From the IMG/VR virus record IMGVR_UViG_3300021431_000076, positions 256,001 through 320,000 of that record: a stretch of DNA of 64,000 bases; one strand, written 5' to 3'. The notes beneath the pieces were generated by a model. It was not told the origin of the DNA. It made no database searches and saw nothing but the letters and a program-made list of their open reading frames with translations. Below, piece by piece: positions 53,867 through 63,046 of the stretch (position 1 is the first letter of the stretch; every line of letters begins with the position of its first letter). Source of the DNA: a virus (lineage: Duplodnaviria > Caudoviricetes). The position numbers and the translations under genes were made by a program.

Positions 53867-53952
53867 TTTTTAAAGAAAATCCAGAGCCTATACAGGCTCT
53901 GGATTTTCTTATTGGAAACATTGAGGTAAGCATACTATAAGGAGGTTTTAAT

Positions 53953-54525
53953 GTGATCTATAAACAAGAAGACATTCAACTTGTTAAAGAAGAGTATGTA
54001 GATACTGAACTAGAACAAGCTATACAAGAAGATAGATTGATTGAGTTCATTTTAGAAGATTTATATGGGAATTCTCTTACCTTAGAAGAACAGTTTACTT
54101 ATAAACAAGAAATCTTATCTGAAGAAGTTGGAGAGAGAGAGATTGCTAATTTTATTGGTACCACTCCAGAGAAGATGAAAAATATGGTATCTATTAGAAA
54201 ATGGACTAGTTGTATAGATAGATTAAACAAACAGGAACGAGAAACTGAAGAAAAATTAGATAGAGCTAGAGCAGAAGATAAAGGAAAACTAGCTACTTTA
54301 ATTCATATTATTAAACAAGCTATTCAGTGGATTAAAAGAAAGATAATAAGTATAAAAGATAGTGCTATGGATATGATTCAAAGATCTCCTAATGGATATC
54401 ATGCTGCTGTTAGAGGTTATTCTGCAGTCCAAGATCGCTTAGCATCTCCAGATTCTGTTAAAAGACGTATATTGGACGCACAACCAAAGAAAGATAATGT
54501 TGTACAGTTCCCAAATAAGAAATGA
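53953..54525 (+). CDS. putative internal virion protein
   Basis: late promoter AACA-TTGAGG-TA at 53917; acidic N-half, basic C-half. Confidence 0.55.
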   Translation: MIYKQEDIQLVKEEYVDTELEQAIQEDRLIEFILEDLYGNSLTLEEQFTYKQEILSEEVGEREIANFIGTTPEKMKNMVSIRKWTSCIDRLNKQERETEEKLDRARAEDKGKLATLIHIIKQAIQWIKRKIISIKDSAMDMIQRSPNGYHAAVRGYSAVQDRLASPDSVKRRILDAQPKKDNVVQFPNKK

Positions 54526-54537
54526 GATGATATTAAG

Positions 54538-55293
54538 ATGAGTTATCTTTCTACAAAAAGAATATCTATTATTGAATCTTTCTTTGGTAATGACTTTGAG
54601 CTTCTTACAGAAGAAGCTCAAGAGAATAAAGTGAAAGAGAAACTAGACGATGTTATAGAAAATGCTGCCGATAAACCTAAAGGGTGGATATCTAATAAAA
54701 TTCATTCCTTTAGGCAATTATATAAAACTTACCTTGATAAAGCCAATAGAGAACATGACTCTGGTAAGATTGGTTTCTTTAAGAACATTGCTAGAATGAT
54801 ATTATCTTGTATAGATAAACTTGCTAAATTCTTACAGAATGCTACTGATCAAAGATCTAGTACTGAAAAAATGATGGATCATTTAAAGCCATCATTAAAA
54901 AATATGGATAGCCAGTTTAAAGATACTATTAAAAATGCTACTGATAGTATAAAAATAACTAAAACTTTTAAACCAACGACAACAGATAATTTTAGAAATA
55001 ACTTGTTTAGTAATAAAAATACTCAAACTGAAAAAGATAAAAGAGAACAAGAATCAAAAGATGCAAGATCAGAAATTACCAGATTACAAAATAAGGCAGC
55101 CGCATTATATAAAAATAATTCAACAACAGAGCATAAAGGAAATGGAAATAATGTTATAACGTGGAATAATGACGAATCTGGTAAAAAAGCCAAAGAAGAA
55201 TATAGAAATATATATAATAAAATATCTGAACTAGATAAAAAGTATAACTTTGGCGTTGATTATAAATTTATGCAGCCTGTAGCGAATAGTTAA
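54538..55293 (+). CDS. putative internal virion protein (MSYL leader), paralogue of 51968
   Basis: KRISI.ESFFGN.FE.LTEEAQENKV shared. Confidence 0.6.
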   Translation: MSYLSTKRISIIESFFGNDFELLTEEAQENKVKEKLDDVIENAADKPKGWISNKIHSFRQLYKTYLDKANREHDSGKIGFFKNIARMILSCIDKLAKFLQNATDQRSSTEKMMDHLKPSLKNMDSQFKDTIKNATDSIKITKTFKPTTTDNFRNNLFSNKNTQTEKDKREQESKDARSEITRLQNKAAALYKNNSTTEHKGNGNNVITWNNDESGKKAKEEYRNIYNKISELDKKYNFGVDYKFMQPVANS

Positions 55294-55314
55294 ATATATA
55301 AAGGAGAGAAACAT

Positions 55315-56043
55315 ATGATTTATAATTCTAGAGAATTAGATACAAGAGATACATTTGATCTCTTAGATGACTTTGGTTATCTAACAGAATCAGACACTTA
55401 TTTTCCTGCATCTATGGTAAATGTAAAGTATAGTAGTCGTTTAGATCAGAATATGATTCAGTTAGAGTCTATGGTAGACTATGCTTTAGCGAATGGCATT
55501 GATAATGCTAGTATTGCTATGCAAAATATATGCGAAGCTAATCATGTAGATGAATCTATTCTTTCTGTATGTGTAAATGAGGATACTCTATATGCAGATG
55601 AAGAGATGGTTGATACTGTTAGATGTATGAAAGAAACAGGATATAGAGTTAATGTAATGCCTATTCCTAGTACATCAGTTTATTATACTAAACTTCAAGA
55701 AGCATTAGAACTAGACGAAGGATATGACTTTGAATCATCTGAGCATCTACAGTATTATCTTAATGAGAATATCTTAGAAGATATTAGAGATAAAGCATCG
55801 GATACATTCTCTTCTGCTAAGAAGTATGTAGGAAGAAATGTAGATAATATGAAGAATGCTTATCAGAATACCAAATCAGGTATTGCTAAGAAGTATGCTG
55901 CTCTTAAGAAGACTATATCCGAGAAATATGCCGCTGCTAAAAAGACTACAGGAGAGGCTAAAGTTGCATTATTGAAACAAATAGATAAGCTGAAATCTGC
56001 AGCTGCTAATCTTAAAAACAAATTACCTCTTGTAGGTAAATGA
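55315..56043 (+). CDS. putative internal virion protein, paralogue family A
   Basis: YALxNGI..A..ICEANxVD..DEEMxDT module shared with 58041; K/A-rich tail. Confidence 0.6.
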   Translation: MIYNSRELDTRDTFDLLDDFGYLTESDTYFPASMVNVKYSSRLDQNMIQLESMVDYALANGIDNASIAMQNICEANHVDESILSVCVNEDTLYADEEMVDTVRCMKETGYRVNVMPIPSTSVYYTKLQEALELDEGYDFESSEHLQYYLNENILEDIRDKASDTFSSAKKYVGRNVDNMKNAYQNTKSGIAKKYAALKKTISEKYAAAKKTTGEAKVALLKQIDKLKSAAANLKNKLPLVGK

Positions 56044-56068
56044 TAGTTTATAAGGAGGGATTTAACTA

Positions 56069-56983
56069 ATGAGTATTTTTAATACTGCAATTCAAACCCT
56101 CTCTAATGTAGCTATACAAGAAGCTGGTATCACTCTTCCAGATGTTGTTACTACAAATCTGGCAGAAGAAATGCAAGCTAAACTTGATGGTATGGATTAT
56201 CTCACAGAAGATGAAATGAGATTCACTGTTGAGATGGTTCCTGTTAGAGAAAATCGCAGACTAGGTAAATATCTCATTGAGATGGAAGACCTTTCTAGAT
56301 ATATGATTACTAATAGAATCACTTCTATAAGTGAGGCTGTAGGTTATATTCTGGAATGCAATGATCTTGTAGGTCAGTATGATAATGTAGCATTAGTTAT
56401 TGATGAAGCGTCTATCTTAGATGAATTAGCAGCCTTAGGAATTGATCCTAAGGATGGAGAATATCCTGAAGTTCAGCCAGGTATTGGTCAAACTGTGTTT
56501 GGTAATCCTCAGGCTCTTAGAGATATTCGTAGAATTGCTAATTCTAAAGAAGTATTAGACAAGCTATTCAATAATTATGGTCTTTCTTTCATTAAGAAGA
56601 ATTACAAACAGGTAGGTCTATTGGAAACAGTAGAAGATGTTAAGATGGAAGCTAAACCTGGTGATAAAGTTCTTCAAGAGAAGGATAAGAAACCTGATGC
56701 TACTGCAACCGTTAATGAAGGTGAAATACTGGATCATATTCGCAATGGCGGCAAAGCATCTGACTTTGCTAAACCAACAGGGTATGAAAAGTTTAACGAT
56801 ACTAAAATTGGTTTTAATAAAGGTGATATGTTTACCAGTACAAAAACACCTAGTGGTAAAGATGCTTTGGTTATGACTAATCCAAACCCATCTTCAACAA
56901 ATGAAGATACGGAACTTAGTGAGCATGAACAGCATCTTCAGTATTTGAGAGATATTGTTTCTGGTAAGTATGATGAGAGATAA
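56069..56983 (+). CDS. putative internal virion protein, paralogue family A
   Basis: MVPVREN..LIEMEDL..Y..ILECN module. Confidence 0.55.
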   Translation: MSIFNTAIQTLSNVAIQEAGITLPDVVTTNLAEEMQAKLDGMDYLTEDEMRFTVEMVPVRENRRLGKYLIEMEDLSRYMITNRITSISEAVGYILECNDLVGQYDNVALVIDEASILDELAALGIDPKDGEYPEVQPGIGQTVFGNPQALRDIRRIANSKEVLDKLFNNYGLSFIKKNYKQVGLLETVEDVKMEAKPGDKVLQEKDKKPDATATVNEGEILDHIRNGGKASDFAKPTGYEKFNDTKIGFNKGDMFTSTKTPSGKDALVMTNPNPSSTNEDTELSEHEQHLQYLRDIVSGKYDER

Positions 56984-56992
56984 GGTGGTATT

Positions 56993-57307
56993 ATGTATTT
57001 TTCTACTATAGGAGAAGCTAATACTGCTCAGGTTGTATTGCCTAAACCAAGTCAACAAAGACCCATTAGTCAATCACCTCAACCTCATCAACCTACTAGA
57101 CAGCAACAACCTACCACTCAGGTTATTCAATCACAACCTAGTCAGGCACAACCAACACCTCAAATGCAACAGCAGAATCAACAACAGCAACCTGCTGGTA
57201 ATAAGTTGAATGCTGTTGCTATGAATAAAAGACAAATACCTAATGGGAGTAAGAATACTGTCAATGCTTTAAGACAGGCTCAACAACCATTAAATATACG
57301 AAAGTGA
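56993..57307 (+). CDS. Q/P-rich low-complexity protein
   Basis: composition; SD AAGGTGG. Confidence 0.55.
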   Translation: MYFSTIGEANTAQVVLPKPSQQRPISQSPQPHQPTRQQQPTTQVIQSQPSQAQPTPQMQQQNQQQQPAGNKLNAVAMNKRQIPNGSKNTVNALRQAQQPLNIRK

Positions 57308-57317
57308 GGTAATATAA

Positions 57318-57950
57318 ATGGGACTATTTAGACCCTTGGATGAAGAAATCTCCCCAGAAAAAGTCTTGGCATATAAAAAAATGCGAGCACAAAAGGATGA
57401 TAAATATTTAGAAAAAGTTCATAATGATAGACATAAAAGAATAAATCAAGCTTTAGGATTTGGTACGCATACACATACAAAATTTATTAAATCCAATTCT
57501 TCAAAATCATCAATTATTAAACCTTATAAAGAATCTGCGGCAGCATCTCTTCTTGGTCTTTCTGATGAAGAACTTTATGAGTTAAATGAAGGAAACTGCG
57601 ATTCTGATACCTGCAAATGTAAAGGTGGTACTTGCCCAGTATCTGTTACTGATGGTATCTCCACTTCTTCATATGCTGCTAAGAAGCTAGCTAATGCTGG
57701 TTCTTCAAATCAGACTGATCTAAATGCAGTTGTACCTAATGCAGAATATAGCAGACAGAATGATGCACTCTTTATTGGTGATGGTGATTCTCCTGAGACA
57801 TCTAAAACCAATATTCCTGCTATCTTAGCTGCTAAGACTGCTGGTGGTTCTCCTCATGGCTGGACTACTGACAATGGTATTAATGGTACTAGCAACAATG
57901 TCTTTAAACTTAGAAAGCTTAGAGATGATGATGACGGTCCAAATGGCTAA
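57318..57950 (+). CDS. hypothetical late protein
   Basis: SD GAGGT; LNE site followed by a Cys cluster. Confidence 0.55.
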   Translation: MGLFRPLDEEISPEKVLAYKKMRAQKDDKYLEKVHNDRHKRINQALGFGTHTHTKFIKSNSSKSSIIKPYKESAAASLLGLSDEELYELNEGNCDSDTCKCKGGTCPVSVTDGISTSSYAAKKLANAGSSNQTDLNAVVPNAEYSRQNDALFIGDGDSPETSKTNIPAILAAKTAGGSPHGWTTDNGINGTSNNVFKLRKLRDDDDGPNG

Positions 57951-58040
57951 TATAACACATCTATAAAGAAATAGGAAACCAACTTATGCACATAGTAATA
58001 ATGGTTTCCTTAATCTTTATAGAGAGGAGGTATATGTTCA

Positions 58041-58802
58041 ATGCTGTTTAATCAGAATGAACTAACTAATCCTTTAGATGAAGCTTCTCAACTTTTAGAA
58101 TCTTCTCAGTTTCTAAATGAGTCTGAATCTAGTTATCAACCGTTTATGGTTCCTATTAGAGAATCTAAACAGTATGAAGCTAATTTAATCAGAGTAGAAG
58201 ATCTTGTAGAGTATGCTCTTACAAATGGTATCACTGATGCTAATTATGCTATTGATTCTGTTTGTGAAGCAAATGATGTAGATCAATCTACAGTAGCTTT
58301 CTCTATTGATGAATCTATGGCTATTTATGATGAGGAAATGCTTGACACTGCTAGATGCCTACGGGAAGCTGGTTATAGTGTTATGGTTGCTCCCATCTCA
58401 AATATGAATCCAGTATATCAGCTTGTAGAATCTGTTGTAGATACTATGGCTGAATATACAGGAACCGAAAATGAGGGTTATTGTGACTCCTTGTTTGAGG
58501 CTTTAATCTCAGATGATTATGACACAGTATTCTCTGAAGCTGCCATTCTAGACAAAGCTAAAGCTGGTGCCAAAAGCATCAAGAATAGTGTAGTTAGTGG
58601 TGCTAAGAATGCTAAGAAATTTGCATCTGATAAACTCGCTGCCTTGAGAAAGAAATATCGTGAACTTAAAGCTAAAGCAGCTAGTGCTTATGGCTCTGCT
58701 AAAAAGAAGTTCCTAGCAGCTGCCGCTAAAGTTAAACAGGGTATTGATCATCTCGTTGCTAAAGGCAAGAGTGCTGCAAGGGCAGTTAAGTCTAAATTCT
58801 AA
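58041..58802 (+). CDS. putative internal virion protein, paralogue family A
   Basis: late promoter AACA-CATCTA-TA at 57954; acidic N-part, then FSE/A followed by a K/A-rich (DNA-binding-like) tail. Confidence 0.6.
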   Translation: MLFNQNELTNPLDEASQLLESSQFLNESESSYQPFMVPIRESKQYEANLIRVEDLVEYALTNGITDANYAIDSVCEANDVDQSTVAFSIDESMAIYDEEMLDTARCLREAGYSVMVAPISNMNPVYQLVESVVDTMAEYTGTENEGYCDSLFEALISDDYDTVFSEAAILDKAKAGAKSIKNSVVSGAKNAKKFASDKLAALRKKYRELKAKAASAYGSAKKKFLAAAAKVKQGIDHLVAKGKSAARAVKSKF

Positions 58803-58822
58803 TTGTTTGGAGGTACATAAAT

Positions 58823-59998
58823 ATGTTATTTAAACCTGAAGATATGTATTATAATTCTTATGATCCTATTCAGGAAGCTGCTGATATTCTGAATGAATCT
58901 GTATATCTTAATGAAAACGAATGCGTACTTTCTCCAAGAGCTATTCCTGTTGTAGAAAATTCTCGTATTGGTGCGTGTGTAGTTGCATTTGATGATGTAG
59001 AGCGTCTTGCTGAAGATCATGGTGTAGATTATATTACTTCTATGATAGCTATCGCTGAAGCTAATGATATTTATATGGATGAACTCGCAGTGTCTGTACC
59101 AGAATGGAGAATTATTGCTGAACCAAGAGTTGTAAATGAGCTTAGCAATGTTATTGTTGCTCCAATGAGTCCAGATAATCCAATCAATCAATTCTGCAAC
59201 CTTTGTGTTGATCTTGCTATTCAAGAAGATAATGAAGGTTTTATTGATGATATTTTAATGGGTGTAATTACAGAAGCTCTCATTACTGGCGGGGTCTCTA
59301 AAAAAGCTGGTAGCAGCGGTGATGATTTAGATGCTAATGAATATGTTAGCACTGGTACTTATAGCGGTGATATGAAGAGAGTCCAATCAGGTATGATATC
59401 AAAACTTGAAAAGAAGGTAAATGATGCTAATGCCGCATTAAAGAGAGCTAAAAAGAGTGGTAATAAAGCTCAACAGATGACTGCTGAAGCAGATCTGAAA
59501 AAAGCAACTAGCCTACTTACTAAGTATAGAGACATGGGTGGCGGAGTAGATAAACGTTTTAAAGGAGCCGAAAGAGCTGAAAAAGCAGCTGCTGATGCCC
59601 ATGCAGCAAATACTGGTAAGGAAGCACAAGATTTCTATAGAAAGCAGCATGAAAAAGAGTTAGAAGCTCAGAAAGAGAAAAATAAAGAAGACATGCTGGC
59701 TATTAGATACGGCGAAAAGAAAGATGAGGAAACTCCTGCTGCTTCTACTCCTGCTGTAGATACTCAGACTAAATCTTTGCTTGATAGAGTAAAAGATGCA
59801 GCTAAATGGCCAGTTAAGAAAATTTCTCAGGCTATTGAATCTCTGAAAACAAGATATCAGGCTATGAAGGCCAAGATTCAGAGCACTCCCCCTGAAAAAC
59901 GTTCTATTTTCCAGAAATTTATGAATCTTATCATGAGCGCTATTGATAAACTTAGCAATCTTCTTTCTTCTAAACAGAAAGAGGGAGCAACAGCTTAA
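58823..59998 (+). CDS. putative internal virion protein, paralogue family A
   Basis: IPVVENSR..FDDVE..IAEAND module; ITE/A site; TPPEKRS C-module. Confidence 0.6.
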   Translation: MLFKPEDMYYNSYDPIQEAADILNESVYLNENECVLSPRAIPVVENSRIGACVVAFDDVERLAEDHGVDYITSMIAIAEANDIYMDELAVSVPEWRIIAEPRVVNELSNVIVAPMSPDNPINQFCNLCVDLAIQEDNEGFIDDILMGVITEALITGGVSKKAGSSGDDLDANEYVSTGTYSGDMKRVQSGMISKLEKKVNDANAALKRAKKSGNKAQQMTAEADLKKATSLLTKYRDMGGGVDKRFKGAERAEKAAADAHAANTGKEAQDFYRKQHEKELEAQKEKNKEDMLAIRYGEKKDEETPAASTPAVDTQTKSLLDRVKDAAKWPVKKISQAIESLKTRYQAMKAKIQSTPPEKRSIFQKFMNLIMSAIDKLSNLLSSKQKEGATA

Positions 59999-60154
59999 TT
60001 AATAATTAACTGTGAATCTGATCCTCCAAGGCTATATGCCTTGGAGGATATATTAATGATTTTATATATCTACTTATACTAATGAATAAGACAAACAGTA
60101 TAGAGAAGACTGCAAGTCTTCTCTACATCTTTTTCATTAGAAGGAGGTATTCAT

Positions 60155-60622
60155 ATGTGTATCTATGGTATTACTGTATTAGGATTGTTTGGTACATGCA
60201 ATGAATCTAAGTGGAGAGAAGAGCTATTATCTAAGTTAGACAAAGAGATTACTTATTTTAATCCTGTCGTAGATGATTGGAATGAAGAAGCTCAAGCTAA
60301 TGAAGACAAACATAAGAAGTCTGATACTTTCATTCTTATTACTCTTACTCCAGAAATGAAAGGGTTCTATACTATAGCAGAGATTATAGAGACTGCTTAT
60401 TCTACTCCATCCAGACTCATATTTTGTCATCTAGATGAATATGGTGGTAAGAAGTTTGATGAAGCTCAATTAAGAGGAATTAAAAAGATCTGTAAAGATA
60501 TAGAAGCAGTAGGAGTAACTCATATATATAATAACTTAGATGATGTAGCAGATTTTGTTAATATATATTCTCGTACAATGTATAACTATAGATATGATAT
60601 CAAAGATGTATCTAATAAGTGA
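60155..60622 (+). CDS. nucleoside 2-deoxyribosyltransferase-like protein
   Basis: GLFGTCNESKWRE, YFNPVVDDW and YTIAEI pattern. Confidence 0.6.
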   Translation: MCIYGITVLGLFGTCNESKWREELLSKLDKEITYFNPVVDDWNEEAQANEDKHKKSDTFILITLTPEMKGFYTIAEIIETAYSTPSRLIFCHLDEYGGKKFDEAQLRGIKKICKDIEAVGVTHIYNNLDDVADFVNIYSRTMYNYRYDIKDVSNK

Positions 60623-60951
60623 GGTATATAATGACCAAAGAACAATTCGAAGAGATAATCAAAACTAAAGGTGCTTTAGGAGAAGGATATATTATAGAAT
60701 CTATTCCTGAACTTTACCAAGAGAGTAATTTAACTGGTATATCTTATAAAATAAAGTTTAAGAATTGCATGAATGCTAATTGGTCTAAGATGCAAGGCAG
60801 AATAAAATATACAATAAAAGAATTAAGAGATATTTTAGATGCTAAAGTGTCTCTATTCAAATTTGAAGTATTCAATGGGTCTAACAATAAATTCTATAAT
60901 ATAGTTTTAATGGTTAAAGGTATTGAATATGATAAACTTCCAGAAAGATAA
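60619..60951 (+). CDS. hypothetical protein
   Basis: SD GAGGT suggests ATG 60631. Confidence 0.5.
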   Translation: MRYIMTKEQFEEIIKTKGALGEGYIIESIPELYQESNLTGISYKIKFKNCMNANWSKMQGRIKYTIKELRDILDAKVSLFKFEVFNGSNNKFYNIVLMVKGIEYDKLPER

Positions 60952-60967
60952 TAAAGGAGAGATATAT

Positions 60968-61354
60968 ATGTTGACTGGTGAAATAATAAAAGATGAAAAA
61001 GCAATAAGAGATATAGTAATAAGAGATATATGTGAGAAACATCATCTTATATATTCTCATTTAGTAAATGAAACTATACATAGTATTGGTGATATAAGAT
61101 ATGGTTATGATGATGATGACGAACCAGATTATAGTCATATGATAATTACTTTTTATGGTGGAGATAATTCTGGTACTGGTGATAAAGGTAAATGGGTTAG
61201 ATATCTAACAGCTATAAAAGAACTAGTAGAAAGCCTAGAAACTGAGTTTGATAAAGTGTGGTTAATAAAACTAGATGTAGACTGTCCAGATGATGTATTC
61301 TCTGTACAAATAGCCGTACATAATGAAGAAGATGAAGGTGAACTAGATGGCTGA
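60968..61354 (+). CDS. hypothetical protein (start revised)
   Basis: SD AAGGAG before ATG 60968. Confidence 0.55.
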   Translation: MLTGEIIKDEKAIRDIVIRDICEKHHLIYSHLVNETIHSIGDIRYGYDDDDEPDYSHMIITFYGGDNSGTGDKGKWVRYLTAIKELVESLETEFDKVWLIKLDVDCPDDVFSVQIAVHNEEDEGELDG

Positions 61355-61583
61355 TGTAAACAAAAGATATTTCTATTACTCTCCAACAGCAGCAATAGAT
61401 ATTAAAAAGGTTGAAAGAGGAATGTCTGCTAAAGAGTTTCAGTTACCATGGGTAGTAGTATCTGGAGTAAGAAAGAATTACACTGAAATGGTAGCATCCC
61501 CTGAGAACCTAAGATATGCTGATTCTACTAAAGTAGCTGAAGGAGATATAAGAAGAATGTCATTCTCACAGTTAGATGACTAA
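61347..61583 (+). CDS. small hypothetical protein
   Basis: SD AAGGTG, coupled to the previous ORF. Confidence 0.55.
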   Translation: MADVNKRYFYYSPTAAIDIKKVERGMSAKEFQLPWVVVSGVRKNYTEMVASPENLRYADSTKVAEGDIRRMSFSQLDD

Positions 61584-61630
61584 ACTAACTTTCACACATA
61601 TACTATAGATATGGAGTGGAGGTGAAAAGA

Positions 61631-61942
61631 ATGGAAGAACCAAAGAATGTAGTGGAGTTTAATCTTTCAAAATGTCCTATGTGTGGAGGTGAAATGTTTG
61701 TACTAGAATCTAGATATGATGCTTATCGTCTAGATCCTCATTATGGTAAATTTGTAACAGGTAAGTTTAAAGAAGACAACCTAACTGAGCTAGTTTGTTC
61801 TGAATGTGGATACAATGTAGAAGCTGCTCATTGTGTCTATGGTATCTTACCAGTACAATCTAAAGTGTATCAAAGATATCAAGAACAATTAAAATCTGGA
61901 AAAGATCTAGTAAAAGAGATAGGTTATGTAGAAGAGGATTAA
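61631..61942 (+). CDS. zinc-ribbon protein
   Basis: CPMC...CSEC; early promoter 61597; SD GGAGGTG. Confidence 0.65.
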   Translation: MEEPKNVVEFNLSKCPMCGGEMFVLESRYDAYRLDPHYGKFVTGKFKEDNLTELVCSECGYNVEAAHCVYGILPVQSKVYQRYQEQLKSGKDLVKEIGYVEED

Positions 61943-61945
61943 GAT

Positions 61946-63046
61946 ATGATATACTTAGATAATCCATATACATTAGTAGACATCATAGACTATCTTATCT
62001 ATGATAAAGATCTAACAAAATCAAATCCAGTAACAAAACAAGTTCAAAAAGTAACTGAAGATGATGAGCTTATCGTTAAAACTCTTTTGACTCTTCATGG
62101 AGATGAGAGAGTATGTTTTAACGGTAAATCATTAGATCCAGAAAAATCTGATTATAAACCTATAGAAGATGTAATGACAAGAGATCTAGAAATAAGAAAG
62201 TTTAGACTGACGGTCTCACCAGACCGATCGCCTGATGCTGATTATATAGCTCCAGTCAATCTCTTTTTGGTTTCATATGTCTCTACTAATATAGCAAAAC
62301 AGATTAAATATTATCAAGACGTAGAGAAAGCAGGAGGAGAAGAGTTTGTTCCTATAGAGAATTATATTGAATTGACTGAATCTTGTCATATGCATTGGGT
62401 AGATTCTCATGGTATTGAATGCACTTGTTTATTTAGAGATGAATTACTATTAGCTCTAATAGGATTTATCTCATTGCATGCACCTACAGGAAAATACTTA
62501 TCTAAGTATAAGAAGAATTCTGTTTTCTATAATACTAATCAATATTGGCTAGGAGAGATATGTAGATATATAGTAGAAAGTACTTTCTATTCTACTATAG
62601 GACCTCAGATTTTTAAACATCTTCCTCAGATATATGCTGAATCTGAATCTAGTTTTGATATTACTGTTATTGATGATTCTAATCCAGATGATCCATCAGA
62701 TTTCACATGGCATTGTACAGCAATTGGAATATATGCTGGAATAGAAAGAGCATTAATGGTAACAAGAAATATATTTCAACCTCAAGCATCTGTACTAATG
62801 AGAGGATTATTATTTGATACTATATCTAATGATCCATATGCTGCTAAAGATATATCTAAAGATGTATATTATCAGGTTACTCAATTCATGGATCTTGTCG
62901 ATACTTTCTTAAAAGACAAGATGCATACAGTAGAATTTGATATTATGCAAGCTAGATTAGCTCAATTAGCAACGGGAGATAGATGTCAATCAAGAATTTT
63001 TAAAGTTCATTCAAATAATATGGACAAAAAGGAGTCTAATAAATGA
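61946..63046 (+). CDS. hypothetical protein
   Basis: 366 aa ORF, SD GAGG. Confidence 0.65.
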   Translation: MIYLDNPYTLVDIIDYLIYDKDLTKSNPVTKQVQKVTEDDELIVKTLLTLHGDERVCFNGKSLDPEKSDYKPIEDVMTRDLEIRKFRLTVSPDRSPDADYIAPVNLFLVSYVSTNIAKQIKYYQDVEKAGGEEFVPIENYIELTESCHMHWVDSHGIECTCLFRDELLLALIGFISLHAPTGKYLSKYKKNSVFYNTNQYWLGEICRYIVESTFYSTIGPQIFKHLPQIYAESESSFDITVIDDSNPDDPSDFTWHCTAIGIYAGIERALMVTRNIFQPQASVLMRGLLFDTISNDPYAAKDISKDVYYQVTQFMDLVDTFLKDKMHTVEFDIMQARLAQLATGDRCQSRIFKVHSNNMDKKESNK

